Notes under the pieces: model-generated
Database searches by the model: none
What the model saw: only the letters and a program-made list of their open reading frames with translations
What the model was told of the DNA's origin: nothing
DNA from: Pseudomonas aeruginosa PAO1
GTDB taxonomy: Bacteria > Pseudomonadota > Gammaproteobacteria > Pseudomonadales > Pseudomonadaceae
Reading direction: 5' to 3' (one strand)
DNA: 64,000 nucleotides
Assembly: GCF_000006765.1 (NCBI RefSeq)
Contig: NC_002516.2
In this document: positions 1 through 11,900 of the stretch, piece after piece
How the letters are laid out: every line of letters begins with the position of its first letter
How positions within the stretch are numbered: the stretch's first letter is position 1
Program-made: the position numbers and the translations under genes

Positions 1-336
1 AACACCGACGGCGTTCCCGGACTCTCCAGCCTCCCCGGCGTCGGCTCGCTGTTCCGCTACCAGAAGCGCTCGCGGACCAAGACCAACCTGATGGTCTTCC
101 TGCGTCCCTACATCGTCCGCGACGCCGCCGCCGGCCGCAGCATCACCCTCAACCGCTACGACTTCATCCGCCGCGCCCAGCAGCGCGTGCAGCCGCGCCA
201 CGACTGGAGCGTCGGCGACATGCAGGCTCCGGTGCTGCCGCCGGCGCAGCAGGGCATCCCGCAGGCCGCCTACGACTTGCGCCCGAGCCCGCGGCCGCTG
301 CGCGCGGTACCGTTGGGCGAGGCGGCGCCGCTATGA
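1..336 (+). CDS. hxcQ: Type II secretion secretin (GspD family), 3' part only
   Basis: Frame from base 1 reads NTDGVPGLSSLPGVGSLFRYQKRSRTKTNLMVFLRP, the conserved secretin C-terminal motif; directly upstream of GspE/GspF. Confidence 0.9.
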   Translation, partial: NTDGVPGLSSLPGVGSLFRYQKRSRTKTNLMVFLRPYIVRDAAAGRSITLNRYDFIRRAQQRVQPRHDWSVGDMQAPVLPPAQQGIPQAAYDLRPSPRPLRAVPLGEAAPL

Positions 337-1742
337 GCCTGCTGCCCTACGCCTGGGCCAAGGCGCAGCGCGCCTTGCTGCGGCCGGGCGAGCATGGCGC
401 GACCCTGCTGGTCAGCCCGCGGACGCCCGGCTGGGCGATCAGCGAGGTGCGCCAGCGGCATGCGCCGGCCAGCCTGGAGAGCGTCCGCGACGACGAGCTC
501 GACACCCTGCTGGCCAGCGCCTACTCCGATACCGGCAGCGCCGCGGCGGTGGTCGGCGCGGCGGAGAGCGAGGTCGACCTCGACCGCCTGATGGACGATA
601 TCCCCGAGGTTACCGACCTGCTCGACACCCAGGATGGCGCGCCAGTGATCCGCATGATCAACGCGCTGCTGACCCAGGCCGCGCGCGATGAGGCCAGCGA
701 CATCCACATCGAGCCCTTCGAGACCCATTCGGTGGTGCGCTACCGCGTCGACGGCGCCCTGCGCGACGTGGTCGCGCCGCGCAAGGCGCTGCACGCGGCG
801 CTGGTGTCGCGGATCAAGATCATGGCGCAGCTGGATATCGCCGAGAAACGCCTGCCCCAGGACGGCCGCATCGCCTTGCGGGTAGCCGGGCGGCCGATCG
901 ACATTCGCGTCTCCACCGTGCCCACCGGCCACGGCGAACGGGTGGTGATGCGCCTGCTGGACAAGCAGGCCGGACGCCTGAGGCTGGAGACCCTGGGCAT
1001 GGCTCCCGGCGTGCTGGCGCCGCTGGACAACCTGATCCGCCAGCCGCACGGCATCGTGCTGGTCACCGGGCCCACCGGCAGCGGCAAGACCACCACCCTC
1101 TACGCCGCCCTGGCGCGGCTCGACGCCAGCACCAGCAACATCCTCACCGTCGAGGACCCGGTGGAGTACGACCTGCCGGGGATCAGCCAGATCCAGGTCA
1201 ACGCGCGCATCGACATGACCTTCGCCGTAGCCCTGCGGGCGATCCTCCGGCAGGACCCGGACATCATCATGATCGGCGAGATCCGCGACCTGGAGACCGC
1301 GCAGATCGCCGTGCAGGCTTCGCTCACCGGGCACCTGGTGCTGGCCACGCTGCACACCAACGACGCGGTGTCGGCAGTGACGCGGCTGGTGGACATGGGG
1401 GTCGAGCCGTTCCTGCTCGCCTCGTCGATGCTTGGCGTACTCGCCCAGCGCCTGGTGCGGCGCCTGTGCACGCATTGCCGGGTCGAAGAGGACGGCGGCT
1501 GGCGCGCGGTCGGCTGCCCGGCTTGCAACCAGACCGGCTACAGCGGGCGCACCGGCATCCACGAACTGTTCGTGATCGACGACGAGATCCGCCGCCTGGT
1601 CCACCAGGGCCGCGCCGAGCAGGATCTCCGCGAAGCCGCCCGCGCGGCCGGCATGCGCAGCATGCGCGAGGACGGCGAGCGCTGGATCGCCAGCGGCTCC
1701 ACCACCCTGGAGGAAATCCTCCGCGTGACCCGGGACGCCTGA
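333..1742 (+). CDS. hxcR: Type II secretion ATPase (GspE family)
   Basis: Walker A GPTGSGKTT, TVEDPVEY, LRQDPDIIMIGEIRD, TGHLVLATLHTN, CxxC...CPAC zinc motif. Confidence 0.97.
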   Translation: MSLLPYAWAKAQRALLRPGEHGATLLVSPRTPGWAISEVRQRHAPASLESVRDDELDTLLASAYSDTGSAAAVVGAAESEVDLDRLMDDIPEVTDLLDTQDGAPVIRMINALLTQAARDEASDIHIEPFETHSVVRYRVDGALRDVVAPRKALHAALVSRIKIMAQLDIAEKRLPQDGRIALRVAGRPIDIRVSTVPTGHGERVVMRLLDKQAGRLRLETLGMAPGVLAPLDNLIRQPHGIVLVTGPTGSGKTTTLYAALARLDASTSNILTVEDPVEYDLPGISQIQVNARIDMTFAVALRAILRQDPDIIMIGEIRDLETAQIAVQASLTGHLVLATLHTNDAVSAVTRLVDMGVEPFLLASSMLGVLAQRLVRRLCTHCRVEEDGGWRAVGCPACNQTGYSGRTGIHELFVIDDEIRRLVHQGRAEQDLREAARAAGMRSMREDGERWIASGSTTLEEILRVTRDA

Positions 1743-2956
1743 TGCAGACCTTCCGTTACGAAGCCGCCGACGCCCAGGGCCGGATCGAGACCGGCACCCT
1801 GGAGGCGGACAGCCAGCGTGGCGCCCTCGGCCAACTGCGCGCCCGCGGCCTGACCCCGCTGGAGGTCCGCGAGCAGGCTGGCGGCGGGACCGGGCAAGGG
1901 GCGGGCGCGCTGTTCGCCCCGCGCCTGTCCGACGGCGACCTGGCCTGGGCCACCCGCCAGCTGGCCAGCCTGCTGGCCGCCAGCCTGCCGCTGGAGGCGG
2001 CGCTGAGCGCCACCCTCGACCAGGCCGAGCGCAAGCACATCGCCCAGACCCTGAGCGCCGTGCGCAGCGACGTGCGCGGCGGCATGCGCCTGGCCGACGC
2101 CCTTGCCGCACGGCCGCGGGACTTCCCGGAAATCTACCGGGCGCTGGTGGCTGCGGGCGAGGAGTCCGGCGACCTGGCCCAGGTGATGGAGCGCTTGGCC
2201 GACTACATCGAGGAACGCAACGCCCTGCGCGGCAAGATCCTCACCGCGTTCATCTACCCGGCGGTGGTCGGCGTGGTCTCCATCGGCATCGTCATTTTCC
2301 TCCTCGGCTACGTGGTGCCGCAGGTGGTCAGCGCCTTCTCCCAGGCGCGCCAGGACCTGCCGGCGCTGACCCGGGCGATGCTCCAGGCCAGCGACTTCGT
2401 GCGCGCCTGGGGCTGGCTCTGCGCCGGCGCCATCGGTAGCGCTTACTGGGGCTGGCGCTTGTACCTGCGCGACCCGCAGGCGCGGCTCGGCTGGCACCGG
2501 CGAGTGCTGCGCCTGCCTCTGCTCGGTCGCTTCGTGCTCGGGGTGAACACCGCGCGCTTCGCCTCCACCCTGGCGATCCTCGGCAGCGCCGGCGTACCGC
2601 TGCTGCGCGCGCTCGATGCGGCGCGCCAGACGCTGGCCAACGACTGCCTCGCGCAGGCGGTGGAGGAGGCCACCGCGCAGGTTCGCGAAGGTGTCTCGCT
2701 GGCCTCGGCGCTGCGCACGCGGCAGGTGTTCCCGCCGATCCTCACCCACCTGATCGCCAGCGGCGAGAAGACCGGTGCGCTGCCGCCGATGCTCGACCGC
2801 GCGGCGCAGACCCTGTCGCGCGACATCGAGCGCCGCGCCATGGGCATGACCGCGTTGCTCGAGCCGCTGATGATCGTGGTCATGGGCGGGGTGGTGCTGA
2901 CCATCGTGATGGCGGTGCTGATGCCGATCATCGAGATGAACCAACTGGTCCAGTAG
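1742..2956 (+). CDS. hxcS: Type II secretion inner-membrane platform protein (GspF family)
   Basis: ATG at 1742 overlaps hxcR TGA; MQTFRYEA start, GEESGDL, AFIYP, GEKTGAL, LLEP GspF motifs. Confidence 0.95.
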   Translation: MQTFRYEAADAQGRIETGTLEADSQRGALGQLRARGLTPLEVREQAGGGTGQGAGALFAPRLSDGDLAWATRQLASLLAASLPLEAALSATLDQAERKHIAQTLSAVRSDVRGGMRLADALAARPRDFPEIYRALVAAGEESGDLAQVMERLADYIEERNALRGKILTAFIYPAVVGVVSIGIVIFLLGYVVPQVVSAFSQARQDLPALTRAMLQASDFVRAWGWLCAGAIGSAYWGWRLYLRDPQARLGWHRRVLRLPLLGRFVLGVNTARFASTLAILGSAGVPLLRALDAARQTLANDCLAQAVEEATAQVREGVSLASALRTRQVFPPILTHLIASGEKTGALPPMLDRAAQTLSRDIERRAMGMTALLEPLMIVVMGGVVLTIVMAVLMPIIEMNQLVQ

Positions 2957-3056
2957 TCCGTACCTGAACAAGCCCTTCCCGTGCTGGGCGATTAACCGCT
3001 CGCGGCTATCCGCCGTGGGGATGGGGCGTCTCAGCAGTATTCCGAAGAGAGGTATC

Positions 3057-3090
3057 GGCGGATAACGCCGCTGGCGTAATCCGCCCTACG
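3057..3090. repeat. REP-like palindromic element
   Basis: GGCGGATAACGCC-GCT-GGCGTAATCCGCC-CTACG: imperfect 13-bp palindrome with a GTAG-type tail on the minus strand, intergenic. Confidence 0.6.
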
Positions 3091-3469
3091 GGAGGGGCCT
3101 GTGCAAGCAGGCCTTCCTCTCGCTGTCATCAACCCGTGTGGCCTCTCGCCAGGGCTCGGGTGCATGTTTCAGCGAGGTTGCCCCGAGGGCGCGCCATGGC
3201 CGTCGCGGGCCGGCCGCCGGGAGGCGCTCGCGGAACCTCGCAGGTCCCGCGAAAAGGCCCGGCGCAGAGCCTGCGAACACCCGAGGAAAGGCTGCGAAAA
3301 CAATTCGATGCTCCCGAGATTTTTTCCCCGATCTGTCACCGGAACTTGCGAGTTTTATCCCCAGCGGCCCCTTCGACCGGCTAGGGATGCAAAGCCCGGC
3401 AAGCACGGCGCCGCCTCATGCAAGACGACTTCCTCAACGTACCAACACCACGATGAAAGGAGATTCTTC

Positions 3470-4576
3470 ATGTTCAAGCGCTCTCTGATCGCTGCCTCGC
3501 TGAGCGTGGCCGCCCTCGTATCCGCCCAAGCCATGGCCGTCACCGGCGGTGGCGCTTCCCTGCCGGCCGAGCTGTACAAAGGCTCCGCCGACAGCATCCT
3601 GCCGGCCAACTTCAGCTATGCCGTGACCGGCAGCGGCACCGGCAAGAACGCTTTCCTGACCAACAACTCCTCGCTGTTCGGCACCACCGGTACCGTTCAC
3701 TATGCCGGTAGCGACTCGGTCCTCAGCGGTAGCGAACTGACCACCTACAACAGCAACTACAACGGCACCTACGGTCCGCTGATCCAGATCCCGTCGGTAG
3801 CCACCTCGGTCACCGTGCCCTATCGCAAGGACGGCAACACCACGCTCAACCTGACCAGCGCCCAACTCTGCGACGCCTTCTCCGGCGCCAAGACCACCTG
3901 GGGTCAACTGCTGGGCACCACCGACAGCACGCCGATCCGCATCGTCTATCGCACCGGTAGCAGCGGCACCACCGAACTGTTCACCCGCCACCTGAACTCG
4001 ATCTGCCCGACTCGCTTCGCCACCAACTCGACCTTTACCAACGCCCGTCTGCCGGCCGGCGGTACGTTGCCGAGCAACTGGGTTGGCGTCGCCGCCACTT
4101 CCACCGTGGTGTCGACCGTCAAGGCAACCAACGGCTCCCTCGGCTATGTCAGCCCGGATGCGGTGAACATCAACAGCAACGCCGAGGTTTCCCGTGTGAA
4201 CGGCAACCTGCCGACCCAGGCTAACGTTTCCACTGCCCTGGGCAGCGTGGCTCCGCCGGCCAACGCCGCCGACCGTGCGGACCCCAGCAAGTGGGTTCCG
4301 GTGTTCACCAATCCGAGCGCCGGCTACTCCATCGTCGGTTACACCAACTTCGTCTTCGGCCAGTGCTACAAGGACGCCAGCGTTTCCACCGACGTCCGCG
4401 CCTTCATCAACAAGCACTACGGTGGCACTACCACCAACGCCGCAGTTGCCGCCCATGGCTTCATCCCGCTGACTCCGGCCTGGAAGAGCGCCATCGTGAG
4501 CGCCTTCTACACCGGCACCAGCGAAAACCTGGCCATCGGCAACACCAACGTCTGCAACACCAAAGGCCGCCCGTAA
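3470..4576 (+). CDS. lapA: DING/PstS-family phosphate-binding protein, low-molecular-weight alkaline phosphatase LapA (Hxc substrate)
   Basis: AAGGAG RBS then MFKRSLIAASL signal peptide; VTGGGASLPA, GSGTGK, YAGSDS, RTGSSGTT PstS-like motifs; follows hxc genes. Confidence 0.92.
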   Translation: MFKRSLIAASLSVAALVSAQAMAVTGGGASLPAELYKGSADSILPANFSYAVTGSGTGKNAFLTNNSSLFGTTGTVHYAGSDSVLSGSELTTYNSNYNGTYGPLIQIPSVATSVTVPYRKDGNTTLNLTSAQLCDAFSGAKTTWGQLLGTTDSTPIRIVYRTGSSGTTELFTRHLNSICPTRFATNSTFTNARLPAGGTLPSNWVGVAATSTVVSTVKATNGSLGYVSPDAVNINSNAEVSRVNGNLPTQANVSTALGSVAPPANAADRADPSKWVPVFTNPSAGYSIVGYTNFVFGQCYKDASVSTDVRAFINKHYGGTTTNAAVAAHGFIPLTPAWKSAIVSAFYTGTSENLAIGNTNVCNTKGRP

Positions 4577-4604
4577 GCGCTTCGCCTAGGCGAATCGATA
4601 CGAG

Positions 4605-4638
4605 GACCGGCAGCCCTATGGCTGCCGGTCTTTTTTCT
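4605..4638 (+). terminator. Intrinsic terminator between lapA and lapB
   Basis: GACCGGCAGCC-CTAT-GGCTGCCGGTC followed by TTTTTTCT. Confidence 0.9.
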
Positions 4639-4661
4639 TGTGGGGAACCCAGGAGGTTTTC

Positions 4662-5774
4662 ATGCTCAAGCCAATGTTTGGCGTCGTTGCTCTGACGCTC
4701 TTGACCAGTCATACAACGCTGGGCGCTACGGTGACCGGCGGTGGTGCTTCCATGCCGGCCAAGTTGTACAAAGGTTCTGCCGACAGCATCCTGCCAATCA
4801 ACTTCAGCTATGCCGCAAGCGGCAGCGGCATTGGCAAGACCGCTTTCCTGATGAATAACCCCATGCTGCTTGGCGCTACTACCGGCACCGTCCACTACAT
4901 TGGTAGTGACTCGATCTTGAGTAGCAGCGAACTGAGCGCCTATTCAACCAACTATAGAGGCGCATATGGTCCACTGATCCAGATTCCATTGGCGGGTACC
5001 GCAGTAACCATTCCTTACAAGAAGCCCGATATTACCGACCTGAACCTGACCAGTGCCCAGCTCTGCGATGCCTTTTCCGGCGCCAAGGTCACTTGGGGGC
5101 AACTATTGGGGAACCCCGCCGACCGTACGCCGATTCGTATCGTCTACCAGCGGGGCGGCAGTGGAGCCACCGAGTTGCTGACCCGCCACCTGAACTCGGT
5201 CTGCCCGACTCGCTTCGCCACCAACTCGATCTTCACGAACGCCCGTCTGCCGGCCGGCGGTGCGCTGCCGAGCAACTGGGTGGCAGTACAGCCTTATGAA
5301 AGTGTCAGGAATGCCGTCGACAATGTGTCAGGCTCGATCGGCTATGAGGGGCCTGATGGTGTGGACCTGAGCGACAATTCAAAGATCGCGCGAGTGAATG
5401 GCTTGCTCCCTACTCTAGCCAATCGCGTGATCGCTGTTCGTAGCGTGGCTCCGCCGGGTGTCGCTGCAGATCGCGCCGATCCGAGCAAGTGGATACCGGT
5501 CTTCGTCAACCCGAACGCAGGCTACTCCATCGTCGGCTATACCAACTTTGTCTTTGGCCAGTGCTACAAGGATGCCACTGTTGCCGCCGACCTGCGTGCC
5601 TTCCTTACCCAGCATTATGGCGGCACCACTACAAATAGAGCGGTAGCTGACCACCGTTTCGTACCCCTGGTCGCTTCCTGGAAGAGCGCCATCATGAGCG
5701 CCTTCATCACTGGTACCAGCGAAAACCTCGCGATCAACAATCCCTCCGTCTGCAACGGCAAAGGGCGTCCATGA
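4662..5774 (+). CDS. lapB: DING/PstS-family paralogue LapB
   Basis: AGGAGG RBS, ATG at 4662; colinear paralogue of lapA (VTGGGASMPA ... NGKGRP). Confidence 0.9.
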   Translation: MLKPMFGVVALTLLTSHTTLGATVTGGGASMPAKLYKGSADSILPINFSYAASGSGIGKTAFLMNNPMLLGATTGTVHYIGSDSILSSSELSAYSTNYRGAYGPLIQIPLAGTAVTIPYKKPDITDLNLTSAQLCDAFSGAKVTWGQLLGNPADRTPIRIVYQRGGSGATELLTRHLNSVCPTRFATNSIFTNARLPAGGALPSNWVAVQPYESVRNAVDNVSGSIGYEGPDGVDLSDNSKIARVNGLLPTLANRVIAVRSVAPPGVAADRADPSKWIPVFVNPNAGYSIVGYTNFVFGQCYKDATVAADLRAFLTQHYGGTTTNRAVADHRFVPLVASWKSAIMSAFITGTSENLAINNPSVCNGKGRP

Positions 5775-5843
5775 GTGACCTGTCATGACGGTGGCTGAAA
5801 TCCGGCTGCCGTCGTGTTTCCGTTCGCCCAGGCTCCTCGCTCC

Positions 5844-5896
5844 GCTCCATGAACTTTCCATGACAAGTCTTCGGCCCACCCTCCGCCAGGCCGTCT
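5844..5896 (+). promoter_or_regulatory. Pho-box-like repeat plus ECF-sigma-type promoter of pdtA
   Basis: GCTCCAT-GAAC-TTTCCAT-GACA (11-bp period), then TTCGG-N16-CCGTC; the same architecture recurs at 18632-18683. Confidence 0.65.
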
Positions 5897-5956
5897 ACCA
5901 GTAACGGGCGTCGTTGCGGGCGCCCGACCGACTTCATGCTCAAGGACCCCTTCGCC

Positions 5957-8900
5957 ATGCCGTCCCGTTCGCCGTCGTCCGCCCGTTCCTCCCGCGCGCT
6001 TTACGCGCCGCGCCTGAAGCCGCTGGCCCAGGCCATCGCCCTGCTGCTGGTCGCAGGGGGCGCCCAGGCCGCCGGGCAGCCGTTCAGCGCCGCCTGGTTC
6101 GCCGCCAAGGGCGCGGCTCAGGGCGGCGCTGCCGGGGCGCCGCGACCGGGAGCGCAGTTGCCGGGGGCGCCGCCGCCGCTGGCGCAGCAGCAGCGGGTCA
6201 ACCAGCAGTTGCAGCGTTCGATGGCCAACCTGAACAACACCGTCGCCGCCATTGCCGCCCAGCAGGCCGCCCAGGCCGCCGGACGCCAGGCGGCGCTGAA
6301 TCTCCCGCAGGATGTTCCGGACGGGCTCGGCGAGGGCGGCCTCAAGGTCGACGCCTCGCTGCCGTTCGAGCAGGCCTGGCAGAACGCCAAGGGACCGGTG
6401 CAGACCCAGGCCGCCGGCAAGACCACGGTGAGCATCGAGCAGACCGCCGACAAGGCGGTGCTCAACTGGGAGACCTTCAACGTCGGCCGCAACACCACCG
6501 TGGACTTCCAGCAGCACGCCGACTGGGCGCTGCTCAACCGGGTCAACGACCCCAGCGCGCGGCCCAGCCAGATCCAGGGGCAGATCAAGGCCGACGGCAC
6601 GGTGATGCTGGTCAACCGCAACGGCGTGGTGTTTTCCGGCAGCAGCCAGGTGGACGTGCGCAACCTGACGGTGGCGGCGGCGAACATCTCGGACGAACAG
6701 TTCCGTCAGCGCGGCCTCTACTACGACAACGCCGGCAGCCGTCCGACCTTCACCGACGCGGCCGGCGCCGTGCGCGTGGAGCAGGGCGCACAGTTGCGTA
6801 CGGCAGCGCCGTCCGGCTCGACCAGGGGCGGCGGCTACGTCCTGCTGCTCGGCAGCGAGGTGGACAACGCCGGCAGCATCGTCACACCGAAGGGGCAGAC
6901 GGTCCTGTCCGCCGGCGACAGCTTCGTCATCCGCCGTGGCCAGGGCACCGACGGCAACCTGACCTCCACCACCCGCGGTAACGAGGTGCTGCCGGGCTTC
7001 GCCGCCGACAGCAGTGCCGGCCGGGTGCGCAACAGCGGCCTGGTGCAGGCCGCCACCGGCGATATCAGCCTCAGCGGCCGCGAGGTGGAGCAGGCCGGCG
7101 TATTGCTTTCCAGCAGTTCGGTGGACAGCCGCGGCACCCTGCACCTGAAGGCCAGCGAGCGGATCACCCTGGCCGAAGGCGCCACCAGCGCCATCCTGGT
7201 GGATAGCAGCGGCAGCGCCGCCCTCGACAGCCAGCGCGAGGCCTTGCTCAAGCCGTTGAACGGCTCCAGTGCCGCCGTCAGTCGGGGCGACGACGACCGC
7301 CGCGACCTGTCGCGGGTGGAGATCGACTCCGCCGGCAGCGTCGATTTCCGCGACGGCTCCATCACCCTCGCCAGCGGTGGCCAGGTGGCGGTCAACGCTG
7401 GCCAGCGCGCGCTGCTGCGCGACGGCGCGGTGATCGATGTCTCCGGCGCGCAAGGCGTGCAGGTGGCGATGGAGACCAACAGCATCAAGGTCAACGTGCG
7501 CGGCAACGAGCAGCGCGACGCCTCGGTCAACCGCGAGGGCGGCGGTCTGAACAGCCAGGACGTGTGGGTCGACGTGCGCGACCTGGTACGGGTGCCTGCC
7601 GGCACCAACGGCTATGCCAGCGACCGCTGGTACACCGCTGGCGGCCTGCTGGAGGTCGGTGGCTACCTGGGCACCCAGGGCCACTCGGCGGGCGAGTGGA
7701 TGGCCCAGGGCGGCATCGTCAGTTTCACCGGCAACGACGTGGTGACCCAGGCCGGTTCACAGATCAACCTGTCCGGCGGAACCCTCGATGTGCAGGGCGG
7801 CTACATCCGCCAGACCTGGCTGAAGGGCTCGGACGGACGCCTCTACGAACTCGGCTCGGCGCCGGGTGACCTGCTCTACGACGGCATCTACCGCGGCTAC
7901 GAGGCACACAGCGAGCGCTGGGACCAGACCCGTTATTTCTACAATCCGCTGATCGCGCCGACCCAGCGCTACGAGAACGGCTACAGCGTTGGCCGCGACG
8001 CCGGCAGTCTGGTGATCGGCAGCGCCAATGCGCGGCTCGACGGCCAGGTGGTCGGCGATACCTATCGCGGCGAGCGGCAGACCGAAGCGCCACAGGCCGG
8101 CCTGGACGGCTACAACCAGTCGCAGAATGCCGTGGCGCGCGGCGCGCAGCTGGTCGTCGGGCGCTACACCCCCTACTACGTGAAGAGCAGCGGCCTGCTG
8201 GAGTACGCTCTCGGCGCCGATGCCGGCAGCCTCAAGCAGGTGGTCATCGGTACCGGCGAGGTGGCGGCCGAGGAGCCGACCCTGGACGCTCCGGTGGCCG
8301 CCGAGCGCCAGGGCCGCCTGAGCCTGGACAGCGAACTGCTCAACGGCTTCCAGCTGGGCGGCCTGAAGGTGGCGGCCGGCGAGAGCATCCGCGTCGACAG
8401 CGCGCTGACCCTGGCCAATGGCGGCGAGGCGATCCTGTTCGCCAACGACGTGGCGATCGACGCCGACATCACCGCTCATGGCGGCAGCCTGCAGGCCGGC
8501 AACGTACTGGCGCAGATTTCCCCGAACGGGACGATCGATGGTTTCGTCGATGCCGGCCGCGAAGCCGGCATCTTGCGCGTGGGCGATGGTGTACGACTGG
8601 ATGCCAGCGGCTTGTGGAGCAACCTGCTGCTGGCGCCGGAGGACAACGATACGTTGGCCTACCGCGACGGCGGACGGATTTCCCTGCGCAGCGGCGGCGA
8701 CCTGAGCCTGGGACAGGGCAGTCTGCTCGACGTGTCATCCGGGGCGGCGCTGCTGGCCGACGGCAAGCGACTGGGCGGACGCGGCGGCGACATCGCCTTG
8801 CACGCCAGTGCCGGGCTGGCGCAGGCCAGCGATGGCCAATTGCAGTTGGGCGGCACATTGAATGGTCTCGGCACGAGTGGCGCCGGCACGCTGTCGCTGC

Positions 8901-11900
8901 AGAGCGGCAAGGTGCGGATCGGCGGCGACGACCTCGGGGATGGCAGCCTGCAACTGGCCGAAGATTTCTTCCAGCAGGGCTTCGCCAGCTACCGGGTGGT
9001 CGGTCGCTCCGGATTGACGGTAGCCGAGGATGCCCAGGTGCGGGTCGCGCGGCCGGTCTACCGTTTCGCCAGCGGGGCCGGCGAGGTCGCGGCTGGCGAG
9101 GCGCCGCGAGAGGCGCTGGAGGCCTGGATACCGCCGCTGTACCTAGAGGATGCCTTGGCCGGACGCTTGGTCCAACGCGAAGGGGCGGACCTGTACCTGC
9201 AGGCAGGCGGCGACGGCAATATCCTCGGGCAGCTCGATCCCGCCAGCCAGACGCTGGAGCTGGGGCGCGGTTCGCTGGTCGAGGTCGATCCGGGGCGCGC
9301 CATCGTCCTGCGCGGTCCCGGACAGATCACCTTGGATGGCATTCTGAACGCTTGGGGCGGACGCATCGACGTGCGCCAGCAGCAGTTCGGCGCGCTCGAC
9401 GTTACCCAGGACAATCAGCCCAAGGCGCAAGGCCAGCCCCATGCTCGCTCCATCTGGATTGGAGAGCAGGCATTGCTGGATGTTGCCGGCCGCGCTGTCA
9501 CTGCCTTGGATGGGCGCGGTCGCCGCTATGGAGAAGTGCAGTCCGGCGGCAGCATCGTCATCGGCGGCGAGATCGATCCGGGCAAGGCGATCGCGACCTC
9601 GGCGGATGCGTTCGTCATCGTACGCCCCGGTGCACGACTGGAGGCCTCCGGCAGCCAGGCACAGCTGGATGTACCGGGACTGGGAAGGGTTTTGCTGGCC
9701 GGCGACGGCGGGCGCATCGCTCTCAGTTCCTACAATGGGCTGTATCTAGACGGCTCGTTGCGCGCCGCAGCCGGCGGCTCGGGAGCGGCGGGCGGCAGCC
9801 TGGAGATCATTGCGGACGCTCCCCTGTACCAAGGTTTTACTGTCGTGGATGACCGGGTATTGGCCATGCGTGAGCTGATCCTGACGGCAGGGCACGCCGA
9901 TTCGGGATTACCGACCTTGCTGCAACCGGGAATGGACGATTCGGCTCTGCGCTATGGCCAGAGCCGAGTTGGGACTCAGTCGCTGACGGGCGGCGGATTC
10001 GACCAACTTTCGTTGTTCAGCAACGGTCCGCTGTCGTTCGAGGGGAACATCGATCTTGCGATGGGGCGCAGCCTGAATCTGTACGCGGGGACGATAGCCG
10101 CCACAGGTGGTGGGCCGAGCGAGGTGAAGTTGCAGGCGCCCTATGTCCGCCTTTCCGGCATCGGGATGTATGGGCAGCAGGCCTCTGGCGAGTTTCGTCC
10201 GCGTCTCACGTACGGGCCGACCGCGACAGCGGAGCAGGTTCGCTTGCAGGTTTCTGCCGGGCGCCTGCTGGATATCGCCGGGCGCTTGTCATTCGGTAGC
10301 GACGGGGTGATCAATGGGGTCAACGCAGAGGCTGTCCGCTATCAGCGACCAGGTTTCGAGAAGGTAACGCTGCGCAGCGAGGGCGACCTGCGTTTCGCTG
10401 GCGACTATCCAGAGAATGGCGATCCGTCGGGGCGCTTGATAACCCACGGCGATCTGCAACTGACTGCGGCCCAACTCTATCCGGTGACGGGAGCGAGTTC
10501 GACCCTCTATGCCGGGTATGGACTGGATGAGGGGGGGCAGGCTGTCTTCGATGCCGAACGGCATTTGGCTATCGAACGTAGCGGCGAGTCCTTGCCGGAC
10601 ACTCCGCTGTCGGTATTCGGCAGTCTGGCGTTCATGGCATCGAATATCGAGCAGGGTGGCGTGGTGCGTGCGCCGCTGGGGCTCATCCAGTTCGGCAGCA
10701 ATCTGGATCGTGCCCCGGGCACGGTAAGGTTGTTGCCGGGTAGCCTGACCTCGGTTAGCGGCGCTGAGCTGGTCATGCCCTATGGAGGCACGACCGATGG
10801 GATCAACTATCTGGTCAACCAGGTCCCCATTCAACTGACCGGTGCCGGGGGCGCTCTCGCTGCTGGGACACTGGTTGCGGGAGTCGGCCTTTATGCCAGC
10901 GAGGTCGATGTGCAACAGGGCGCGCGGCTGGACCTGTCCGGCGGCGGCGAACTCGCGGGGGCTGGATTCATCTCCGGCAGAGGGGGTTCGACCGATGCGC
11001 GTTTTCATCCCCTGGTGCAGCAGGACAATGATGGGTTCCGTCTGCCGGAGCTGTCCAGCAACCCGGTGTATGCCATCGTGCCTGGACACCAGGCCGTTAG
11101 TGCGCCATTGGGCGGCGAGGCGGGCGCCATCCAGCCGTTGGTCGGGCAACAGGTCACCATCGGGGATGGCGTTCCCGGCCTGGCCGCCGGTACCTACACC
11201 TTGCTGCCTTCGACCTATGCCCTGTTGCCGGGCGCTTTCCGCGTCGAGATCAACGGTCTGGCGGGGCAAGGCGCGCCCATGGCGACGCAGGGGTTGCGCA
11301 ATGGCTCCTGGGCGACGTCCGGGCAGTTGTCGATTGCCGGCACGTCCATCCGCGACAGTCTGAGCCGTCAGGTCATCCTGTCTTCCGCCGATACGCTGCG
11401 CCGCTACTCGCAGTACAACGAAATGAGCTATGCGGATTTCATTCGCGCCGATGCCGCGCGCAAGAACATCCCCAGAGCGATGTTGCCAGTGGATGCCAGA
11501 TCCCTCTACCTGGGATTGCGCGCGGATGAGGAGCTTCGGGAAAACGCCCTGAGCTTCGAGGGGAAGGTCGACTTCACGCCGGAAGAAAGCGGATATGGCG
11601 GCAGCCTCATCGTGGATGCCGAGGCGGGCATCGAGATTCTGCCTGAAGGTGGGCTGCCCGACTCCGATTTCGCTGGCGTGTCGTTGGTTGCGGACGATCT
11701 GAATGCAATAGGCGCCAGCCGTATCGCCATTGGCACGCTGCCCTACGTCGAATACGGCGAGCAAGGAAACTTCGTCCAGTTCGGCGGGAGCAACCGGCTC
11801 TTTCCCGTTGTGCTGCGAAAGGGCGCGCACCTTTCCGCACCGGAGGTGATCATTGGCAGGGATATCACCCTTGAAGGCGGGAGTGGCATCAGCACTCTGG

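Noticed and set aside
3101-3469. N-terminal extension of lapA given by the ORF track, and GGAACTT (3341-47) as an ECF promoter
   Set aside because: RBS and signal peptide point to ATG 3470; no matching -10 element at proper spacing after GGAACTT
4581-4594. 14-bp perfect palindrome TTCGCCTAGGCGAA after lapA
   Set aside because: Single occurrence; most simply an mRNA-stabilising hairpin before the terminator
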